Origin: an uncultured bacterium
Lineage (GTDB): Bacteria > Bacillota_I > Bacilli_A > RFN20 > CAG-826
DNA length: 64,000 bases
Assembly (NCBI GenBank): GCA_949293255.1
Contig: CASFCL010000001.1
Location: 156,105-220,104, forward strand
Direction of reading: 5' to 3'
Below, piece by piece: positions 1 through 7,322 of the stretch. The position numbers were made by a program, and so were the translations under genes. How positions within the stretch are numbered: position 1 is the first letter of the stretch; each line of letters starts with the position of its first letter. Below the pieces are notes generated by a model. It searched no databases, had not been told where the DNA came from, and saw only the letters and a list, made by a program, of their open reading frames with translations.

Positions 1-2285
1 AATGGAATAATTGGGTTAAGTAATCTCATAACAGTGAATAAACATTCATTGATAACTGTTTGAACTTGTTTTCTTCTTGTTGAATCTTTGGCTTCACAAT
101 AAAGAATATCTTTAGCAAGATCAAAATAGAAACTTGATAAGTCATCACTCATAAATTTCATAATTTCAGTCATTGCTGAGATGAAGTTAAATTCATCTAC
201 GAAATTAATGAATTTATTTTTAACTTCTTCAAGTTTAGCAAGGATGAATAAATCAATTTTTTCAAACTTAGTTTGGATATCACTTTCTTTAAAGGTATCT
301 TCTAAACTACCATTTGATAAGTTTCCAAGCATAAATCTGAAAGTATTTCTAATTTTTCTATATTGTTCTGAAATGGTTTTGATAATATTTTCAGAAATTC
401 TTACATCTTGTTGATAATCAGTTAATGAAGCCCATAAACGTAAAATATCACTTCCATAAACATTGATAATTTTAATTGGATCAAGACCGTTACCTTTAGA
501 TTTTGACATTTTTTCCCATTTTTCATCCATGACGAAGCCATGAGAAACAACTTGTTTATATGGAGCAGTTTTATATAAGGCTTCAGATAAAATTAATGAT
601 GAATTGAACCATCCACGATATTGATCGCTACCTTCAAGATATAAATCAGCTGGATATTTTAAGCCTCTTTCACTTAAAACTCCGTTCCAAGAAGAGCCAC
701 TATCAAACCAAACATCCATGATATCTTTTTCTTTTTTATAGACTCCATTTGGTGAATGTTCATTTTTATAACCTTCTGGTAAAAGTTCGACTGCATCGAG
801 CTTATACCAAATATTACTACCATTTTCTCTAACTAAATATTCGATGTGATCAAAGACTTCTCTTTCTAAAATTGGAGTTCCATCTTCACAGTAAATAATT
901 GGAATTGGTACACCCCGAACTCTTTGACGAGAAATACACCAATCGTTTCTATCTTTAATCATGTTTACCATTCTGGTTTCACCCCATTTTGGTAACCATT
1001 TAACGTTATGGATATCTTTAATTAAATTTTCTCTAATTGGTGAAATTGAGCAGAACCATTGTGGAGTTGCTCTAAAAATAACTGGTTTATGAGTTCTCCA
1101 ATCGTGTGGATAGCTATGGGTAATTGTTTCTTCTTTTAAAAGTGCACCATTTTCTTCTAAGATTTTTAAGACTTCTTTATTTGCATCTTCATAGAACATT
1201 CCTTCAAGTCTTGGTCCACATTCTTTCATCATCATACCGTGCTCATCAACAGGGCAATATGGCTTGATCCCATATTTTAAACAAACTTGATAGTCATCTT
1301 CACCATGTCCTGGAGCGATATGAACAAGACCTGTACCAGTATCACCGGTAACATAATCACCTAAAATTAATAATGATTCTCTATCATAGAAAGGATGTTT
1401 TGTAACAATTCCTTCAAGATCTTTACCCTTGAATTCTTTAAGTAATTCACATTCAGTTAAACCGATTTTTTTAGTTAACTCATCTTTTAAATCTTCTAAG
1501 AATAATAAAGTTCCAATGTTTGTTTTATATAATCCATAGTTAAGTTCTGGATTAGCACAAATTGCTAAGTTTGCTGGAAGGGTCCATGGTGTAGTTGTCC
1601 AGATTAAGAATTTTGTATCGTTAGGAACGATATTTTTTCCATCGATTGTATTAAATGCGACATAAATTGTGTAAGTTTCGACGTCTTGATATTCAATTTC
1701 AGCTTCAGCTAAAGCTGATTCACTACTTGGTGACCAATAAACTGGCTTTAATCCTTTATATATAAGGCCTTGAAGAGCCATTTCACTAAAACAATGAATT
1801 TCTCTAGCTTCAAATTCTTTATTTAAAGTGATGTATGGGTTATCGTAATCTCCTAAACAGCCAAGTCTTTTAATGTCAGCTTTTTGTCTTTCAACTTGAG
1901 AAAGTGCGTAATCTCTACATTTTTCTCTAAATTCGAAAACTGGAGTTGTTTTTCTATTAACACCCATTTTTGTGACCATGTTTTCAATTGGAAGACCGTG
2001 TGTATCCCATCCAAAAATAAATGGAGTTTCATATCCTTCCATATTTTTAATACGAATGACAAAATCTTTTAAAACTCTATTTAACATATGTCCACAATGC
2101 ATTGCACCATTTGCATATGGAGGACCATCGTGAAGTACGTATTCTCCTAAAGTTCTATTTTCATTCATATGATGATAAACATCATCTTTTTGCCATTTTT
2201 CGACTAATTTTGGTTCTTTTTGAGATAAATTACCTCTCATTTCAAAGTTAGTTTTTGGCATCAATAAGCTATCTTTTGTTTCCAT
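1..2285 (-). CDS. ileS: Isoleucyl-tRNA synthetase (3' end runs off the window)
   Basis: Manual translation gives LHDGPPYANG, GWDTHGLP, IWTTTPWTLP, DWCISRQR, DVWFDSG and KMSKS, all in one frame; AAGGAG upstream. Absent from the ORF track only because there is no stop in the window. Contains CGG at a conserved Trp (915-917). Confidence 0.98.
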   Translation of the reverse strand, partial: METKDSLLMPKTNFEMRGNLSQKEPKLVEKWQKDDVYHHMNENRTLGEYVLHDGPPYANGAMHCGHMLNRVLKDFVIRIKNMEGYETPFIFGWDTHGLPIENMVTKMGVNRKTTPVFEFREKCRDYALSQVERQKADIKRLGCLGDYDNPYITLNKEFEAREIHCFSEMALQGLIYKGLKPVYWSPSSESALAEAEIEYQDVETYTIYVAFNTIDGKNIVPNDTKFLIWTTTPWTLPANLAICANPELNYGLYKTNIGTLLFLEDLKDELTKKIGLTECELLKEFKGKDLEGIVTKHPFYDRESLLILGDYVTGDTGTGLVHIAPGHGEDDYQVCLKYGIKPYCPVDEHGMMMKECGPRLEGMFYEDANKEVLKILEENGALLKEETITHSYPHDWRTHKPVIFRATPQWFCSISPIRENLIKDIHNVKWLPKWGETRMVNMIKDRNDWCISRQRVRGVPIPIIYCEDGTPILEREVFDHIEYLVRENGSNIWYKLDAVELLPEGYKNEHSPNGVYKKEKDIMDVWFDSGSSWNGVLSERGLKYPADLYLEGSDQYRGWFNSSLILSEALYKTAPYKQVVSHGFVMDEKWEKMSKSKGNGLDPIKIINVYGSDILRLWASLTDYQQDVRISENIIKTISEQYRKIRNTFRFMLGNLSNGSLEDTFKESDIQTKFEKIDLFILAKLEEVKNKFINFVDEFNFISAMTEIMKFMSDDLSSFYFDLAKDILYCEAKDSTRRKQVQTVINECLFTVMRLLNPIIP

Positions 2286-2299
2286 GGACATTCTCCTTT

Positions 2300-2492
2300 A
2301 AATAAAAAAACCTTAGATTTCTCTAAGGACGATTGATCGTGGTACCACCTTAGTTATTAATATATAAAATATTAATCACTCTCTATAATTTAAAGATTTA
2401 AATAAAAGTGATACCTAATAGCGTTAAAGTATAACTTTCACCAGACGTTATCTCTCTAAGCTTTAATCATCTACTAGACGTGTCTTTTACGT
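2300..2492 (-). promoter_or_regulatory. T-box riboswitch, Ile specifier (ATC)
   Basis: Minus strand: AGAGA and GGTGAA stem-I motifs, specifier GGT-ATC-ACTTT, T-box AAGGTGGTACCACG, then terminator CCTTAGA..TCTAAGG plus a T-run, upstream of ileS. Confidence 0.92.
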
Positions 2493-2536
2493 TTAAAAAT
2501 TATAAATTATTTATTAATTAAATACAAATAATTTGT

Positions 2537-2567
2537 AAAAGGCACCAATTTATTCGATTGGTGCCTT
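2537..2567 (-). terminator. Intrinsic terminator after ftsZ
   Basis: AAGGCACCAAT/ATTGGTGCCTT inverted repeat with T-run. Confidence 0.85.
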
Positions 2568-2580
2568 ATTTTTTATAATT

Positions 2581-3696
2581 TTAGAAGTTTCTTTCTTCAA
2601 GGAATGATGGCATGAAGTCATCATCTTTTGCTTCTTTTTCTTCAGGAGTTGAAGATAAACTACTTAATCCAGCTTGAATATCTCTTAAATCTTGTTGAGC
2701 TGATGGTCTAGTAAATGTGATGTTAGTTTTTGAGAAATCAACATCGCCTTTAAAGCCACTAGCAATAATTGAAACTAAGACTTGATCACCTAATTGATCA
2801 TTAATTGAGATACCAAATTTAAGATCTAATTGATTGCCACTTTCTTCAATAATTTTTTCAACACAGCTTTGTGAATCAAAGAGTGAAACATTTGGCCCAC
2901 AAGTGATATGGCAAATTGCTTTTGTTGCTCCTTCAATTGATTGTTCAATTAATGGAGATGAGATTGCACTTTTTGCGGCATCTTCAGCACGTTTTTCTCC
3001 GCTTCCACTTCCAAATCCAATTAAAGCGATTCCACCATCTTTTAAAGTGTTTTTAACATCAGCGAAATCTAAATTAATTAAAGCTGGCATTAAAATTAAA
3101 TCGGTGACAGTTTTAACTGAGTAAGCTAAAACCTTATCTGCTTCTGAAAATGCTGATCCAATTGGAGCATTTCCGCTATTAATTAATAATTTATCGTTAC
3201 TAACAATAATTAAACTATCGCAGCTTTCTTTTAATTCATTTAAACCTTCAATAGCGTTTTGATTTTTTCTATTTCCTTCAAAAGTGAATGGTCTAGTAAC
3301 AATTGCAACAACTAAACATCCTTGTTCTTTAGCAATTTTACAAATTACAGGAGCAGCACCAGTTCCTGTACCTCCTCCCATACCAGCTGCAACAAATACC
3401 ATATTTGCTCCGCTAACTATTTGCTTGATTTCTTCTTGGCTAGCTTCAGCTGCTTCTTTACCTACCTTTGGTTCACCGCCAGCTCCTAAACCATTTGTTA
3501 AGTTTTCACCTAAAATAATCCTATTTTGAGCTTTGGAAAGTGACAAAGCTTGTTTATCAGTATTTGCAACATAAAATTCAACGTTATTGATGCTTTCATC
3601 AATCATTCTATTGACTGCATTATTACCAGCACCACCAACACCGATAACAATAATTTTAGCGACTGGTTCGAAATAATTTAAATCGTCATTTGACAT
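2581..3696 (-). CDS. ftsZ: Cell division protein FtsZ
   Basis: GVGGAGNNAVNRM, GGGTGTG, INLDFADV and C-terminal core peptide DFMPSFL. Confidence 0.99.
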   Translation of the reverse strand: MSNDDLNYFEPVAKIIVIGVGGAGNNAVNRMIDESINNVEFYVANTDKQALSLSKAQNRIILGENLTNGLGAGGEPKVGKEAAEASQEEIKQIVSGANMVFVAAGMGGGTGTGAAPVICKIAKEQGCLVVAIVTRPFTFEGNRKNQNAIEGLNELKESCDSLIIVSNDKLLINSGNAPIGSAFSEADKVLAYSVKTVTDLILMPALINLDFADVKNTLKDGGIALIGFGSGSGEKRAEDAAKSAISSPLIEQSIEGATKAICHITCGPNVSLFDSQSCVEKIIEESGNQLDLKFGISINDQLGDQVLVSIIASGFKGDVDFSKTNITFTRPSAQQDLRDIQAGLSSLSSTPEEKEAKDDDFMPSFLEERNF

Positions 3697-3707
3697 AAGT
3701 TAACCTC

Positions 3708-4934
3708 CTATAATGTGTCGGTAGTTTCTTTATATTCTTCAGGTCCTTGCTCTCTATTTACTTCTCTGATTTTATTTTTTTGATTATCGAGAAGTGAGCC
3801 CTTATAAATACTTGTAAAGTAGATTGCTCCTAAAGAATCTACCCATCCTGGTTCTTCTGCACCGACTGTATTTGTTGTGATAATATCAATTTTGTTATGT
3901 GGGAAGAAACGTTTAATATAATCTTTAAATCCATTAATTAAACATCCATTTCCGATAAATGCTAAAGCAAATTTAGCAAGTGTATCTTCTTTACCTTGTG
4001 TAAAGCTATCGATTGTATTTTTTAAATATTCAATCCATTCTTTCATAAAGGATAAAACGACTGTATTTAATTCATCTTTTGAATATCCTTTATTGATGAC
4101 GCTAGTTGGATCTTTACATAAATCTGGATTGTAAGAATTTTTTCTAGCATCGTATCCATAAATTTTCTTTAATCTTTCAGCTTCTACATTTGAAATATTA
4201 AATTCTTTAGCAATTTTTTCTGTTAAATGATCACTTCCAAGTGGAATATAGCTACTTGCAAGGACGTGTCTATAAGAAATTACTGATACTGTTGTAGTTC
4301 TTTCTCCGAAATTGATTAAGAAATAATGGATTGGTTCATAATTAATTGAAGTTAATAGATAACTTGCACCAACTGGAGCAATAACTTCTCTTTTTACTTT
4401 AATTTTTGCTAAAGCTAAAGCCTTTTTTAAATCCTCAATTAACTTTTTAGGTAAGGTATAAATATTTGCTCTAATATTTAAAGTTGTTGATATTTCATTT
4501 AATGGAGGATTTTGATATTGACGATTTCCATCGCAAATAAATAAGTTAGGAATGACATCCACTAACACATTATTTGAGTTAGGAATTCTTTCTTTTTTAA
4601 CTAAAGATAAACAGTTAAGAATATCTAAATCATTGATTTTTGAATCTTGTGAGATGGTGTTTGTACCTTTTTGAGTGGTATAAACATCTAATCCATAAGG
4701 AGGATAAATTAAAGTTACCTCATTGATAGATAATTTTAATTTATGATCTTCAAGATGTTGAATTACACTTAAATCTGAAGCTAAAGAATCAAAATCAAAA
4801 ATATCGCAATCGTTTATAACGGTTGAAAGTGGGAATACTTTACGGTAGATGATATCAACTTTGTCATCTAACATGTATCCAACTGTGACTCTAAATGATG
4901 AATTTTGAATTTCTAATGTAGCAATTTGTTCCAT
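3708..4934 (-). CDS. ftsA: FtsA-like actin-fold cell division protein (divergent)
   Basis: Immediately upstream of ftsZ; motifs IPLGSDHLTEKIAKEFNISNVEAERLKKIYG and a GIxV-type segment; phosphate-loop motifs degenerate. Confidence 0.85.
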   Translation of the reverse strand: MEQIATLEIQNSSFRVTVGYMLDDKVDIIYRKVFPLSTVINDCDIFDFDSLASDLSVIQHLEDHKLKLSINEVTLIYPPYGLDVYTTQKGTNTISQDSKINDLDILNCLSLVKKERIPNSNNVLVDVIPNLFICDGNRQYQNPPLNEISTTLNIRANIYTLPKKLIEDLKKALALAKIKVKREVIAPVGASYLLTSINYEPIHYFLINFGERTTTVSVISYRHVLASSYIPLGSDHLTEKIAKEFNISNVEAERLKKIYGYDARKNSYNPDLCKDPTSVINKGYSKDELNTVVLSFMKEWIEYLKNTIDSFTQGKEDTLAKFALAFIGNGCLINGFKDYIKRFFPHNKIDIITTNTVGAEEPGWVDSLGAIYFTSIYKGSLLDNQKNKIREVNREQGPEEYKETTDTL

Positions 4935-5027
4935 AATACGTTTAAAATTATAAGGTTTTTAAGTGTAATTAACAATAAAGATTATTAGTCTTTTTTTAGT
5001 GTTTTGTAAGTATAATTTGAGTAATTT

Positions 5028-5061
5028 AAAAGGCAATATTTAAGGGGGATTATTGCCTTTT
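5028..5061 (-). terminator. Intrinsic terminator between the FtsL-slot gene and ftsA
   Basis: AAAAGGCAATA/TATTGCCTTTT inverted repeat. Confidence 0.75.
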
Positions 5062-5078
5062 TAAAAGGAGGAATTTAT

Positions 5079-5300
5079 TTAGAACCTAAGGAGGTTGTTT
5101 GCTTCTTCATTAACTTTGTCTAAGGATTCTTTTGCTACTCTTTCTTCTTGTGCTTCTTTTTGCGCTTTTAAAGTAGCAGCAATTGAAACTGGAATTGCAA
5201 CTACAACACTTACACACATAAAGATTCCGAATAAAGTGCTAATCTTTTTAAAGTAATAATAGAAATAACCATGATTGGTTTTTACTAATTTGTCTTCCAT
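5079..5300 (-). CDS. Small single-TM protein with charged C-terminal helix, in the ftsL position
   Basis: 73 aa, GAGG RBS, one hydrophobic helix followed by a coiled-coil-like tail; directly after rsmH. Confidence 0.75.
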   Translation of the reverse strand: MEDKLVKTNHGYFYYYFKKISTLFGIFMCVSVVVAIPVSIAATLKAQKEAQEERVAKESLDKVNEEANNLLRF

Positions 5301-5314
5301 TATTTTGTCCTCAC

Positions 5315-6256
5315 TTATTTGACTTTTTCTAAAATTCTAAGCTTTGCTGACTTTGAACGGCGATTCGACAATAACTCTTCTTCGCTTGGTAGCATAACCT
5401 TTTTAGTTATCTCTTTATAATCAGGTGTTTTGATTAACTTAGGATCAACTATTTCATTGACTCTATTTCCTTCAACGACACTATATTTTTTAAAGAGATT
5501 TTTAACGATCCTATCTTCTAAAGATTGAAAGGAAATTACTACTACTCTTCCACCAACATTTAACATATTGATGACATCTTCAAGTGATTCTTTTAAGACA
5601 TCGAGTTCTTTATTAACTTCGATTCTTAATGCTTGGAATACTTGTTTTGCAGGATGCCCAACTTTTTTAAGTTCTTTACTTGGTTTTCCTTTTTTAATGA
5701 TTTCAACTAACTCTAATGTAGTTTCAATTTCTTTATTCTCTCTAGAAGAGACGATTTGCCTAGCAATTTGATAAGCATATTTTTCTTCACCATATTCTCT
5801 AAAGATTCTAGTTAATTCATTTAATGAATAGGTGTTGACAATCTTTTTAGCAGTTAATGGATTTTCTAGATCCATTCTCATATCGAGTGGACCATCGAAT
5901 CGATAAGAGAAACCTCTATAATCTTCATCGAATTGAGGTGATGAAACTCCTAAATCATATAAAGCTCCATCAATTTTATCGATTTTTTCATTTTGGAGTA
6001 CTTTTTTGATATCTTTGAAGTTACTTTTAATGATTTTAAAGTTTCCACCGACTTCTTGAAGTACTTCTTTTGAGTAATTTATTGCTTCTTCATCTTGGTC
6101 TAAACAAATTAATCTTCCTGAAGTTAATCTTTTTAAGATTTCTTTAGAATGACCTGCTCTACCAAGAGTTAAATCACAATAAGTTCCATCACTTTTAATG
6201 TTTAATCCTTCTATAGACTCAGCTAACATGACAGAGTAATGTTTATTTGTTTTCAT
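5315..6256 (-). CDS. rsmH: 16S rRNA m4C1402 methyltransferase
   Basis: DLTLGRAGHS, DLGVSSPQFD, RGFSY, PLDMRM, FQALRIEVN, SAKLR. Confidence 0.99.
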   Translation of the reverse strand: MKTNKHYSVMLAESIEGLNIKSDGTYCDLTLGRAGHSKEILKRLTSGRLICLDQDEEAINYSKEVLQEVGGNFKIIKSNFKDIKKVLQNEKIDKIDGALYDLGVSSPQFDEDYRGFSYRFDGPLDMRMDLENPLTAKKIVNTYSLNELTRIFREYGEEKYAYQIARQIVSSRENKEIETTLELVEIIKKGKPSKELKKVGHPAKQVFQALRIEVNKELDVLKESLEDVINMLNVGGRVVVISFQSLEDRIVKNLFKKYSVVEGNRVNEIVDPKLIKTPDYKEITKKVMLPSEEELLSNRRSKSAKLRILEKVK

Positions 6257-6677
6257 TCTTTATAATCGCTTCTGCATCTTTTTCGAAATCTTCGATGTGT
6301 TCACCTTTATATTCGTTCCACTTCTCAAGATCCCAAACTTCGATGTGGTCTAACACGCCTAGAATTAAGACTTTATTACCAATCTTGTACTCACTTAACG
6401 TCTTTAGAGGGATTGCCATTCTGTTCAAGTTATCAACTTTAATTTCTACAACTGATTGTAGAAGCATACGTTGATATAAACGAACTTCTTTGCTTTCAAA
6501 TTGAAGTGTAGATAGTTTGGAGATAAGAGCTTTGAAATCTTCTTCTTTGTAAAGTGAAACACAACCATCGTATCCTTTTAATAAGAAAAGTTGATTACCT
6601 ACTCCATCTCTCATTTTCTTAGGAAGATTTAGACGGCCTTTTTCGTCTACTGAGTATTCATAACTTCCATAAAACAT
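6243..6677 (-). CDS. mraZ: Division/cell wall cluster transcriptional repressor MraZ
   Basis: MFYGSY..SVDEKGRL, second repeat DNLNRMAIP, GVLDHIEVW; upstream of rsmH. Confidence 0.97.
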   Translation of the reverse strand: MFYGSYEYSVDEKGRLNLPKKMRDGVGNQLFLLKGYDGCVSLYKEEDFKALISKLSTLQFESKEVRLYQRMLLQSVVEIKVDNLNRMAIPLKTLSEYKIGNKVLILGVLDHIEVWDLEKWNEYKGEHIEDFEKDAEAIIKNENK

Positions 6678-6687
6678 AGCTCAATTT

Positions 6688-6707
6688 TTCTCCCACTTTC
6701 TCCCACT
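6688..6707 (-). promoter_or_regulatory. MraZ-binding direct repeats
   Basis: GTGGGAGAAA repeated with a 10-bp period just upstream of mraZ, resembling known GTGG-core MraZ boxes. Confidence 0.8.
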
Positions 6708-6796
6708 GCTTAATAAAATCTTAAAACTTGGAGAGATTATTGTCTAGTTTTTATTTATAAAACTTTTAATTTTTTTCACTATTTTTTTGACAATGT

Positions 6797-6821
6797 AAAA
6801 AAAGTGCTCACAATGAGCACT
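6797..6821 (-). terminator. Intrinsic terminator after pheST-yceD
   Basis: AGTGCTCA/TGAGCACT hairpin plus T-run on the minus strand. Confidence 0.8.
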
Positions 6822-6845
6822 AATTTTGATTAAAAGTTTTATAAA

Positions 6846-7322
6846 TTAAGAATCGAAGTCGATATCAGATAATATATCAAATGGAGATGACTCTTTTTCA
6901 AGATCTTCTTCTTTTAAGATTTTGATTCCTTCGATTGTATCGGTACTTTCGCCTTTTTTATGAGGATTTGTTGGAAGAGATACAACTGTTAAAGAATAGA
7001 TAATTTCATCTAAATCGATGTCTTCTTTTGTATAGAAAACTTCTTCTGTTTCATAATCAGGATTGTTTGTATAAATTAGCTCTTCTTCAATTGAAATTTC
7101 ATCTTCAAATGGTTTAAAAGTATAGGCACTTTTGAGGGTTAAATTTACTTTTCCTGAGATATTTAAAGTTAAGATTTCTCCCACTTTATTTGAACAGATA
7201 TTTATTGATGCATCATTAAAGGAAATGATGTCTTTTGAATGATTAAGTTCGTTTAATTTTTGAGATTTAAAATCGTAAACGAATTCTTCGCTGCCTTTAA
7301 AAGTTGAAAATTTAAGTTTCAT
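6846..7322 (-). CDS. YceD/DUF177 family protein
   Basis: 158 aa, IDLDEIIYSLTVVSLP motif and C-terminal SPFDIL; acidic. Confidence 0.75.
   Translation of the reverse strand: MKLKFSTFKGSEEFVYDFKSQKLNELNHSKDIISFNDASINICSNKVGEILTLNISGKVNLTLKSAYTFKPFEDEISIEEELIYTNNPDYETEEVFYTKEDIDLDEIIYSLTVVSLPTNPHKKGESTDTIEGIKILKEEDLEKESSPFDILSDIDFDS

Noticed and set aside
1..2285. ileS missing from the ORF track, suggesting a pseudogene or frameshift
   Set aside because: All motifs checked are in one frame; the gene simply continues past the window edge.
5510..5512. AGG->Met reassignment, reported for another uncultured Bacilli clade
   Set aside because: AGG encodes the conserved Arg in RsmH SLED-R-IVK and in RhaD NLSY-R (55252-55254); conserved Met residues use ATG.
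5900..5902. CGA also reassigned to Trp
   Set aside because: CGA lies at a typically basic/Arg position in RsmH (GFSY-R-FDGPLDMRM), and I saw no CGA at a conserved Trp.
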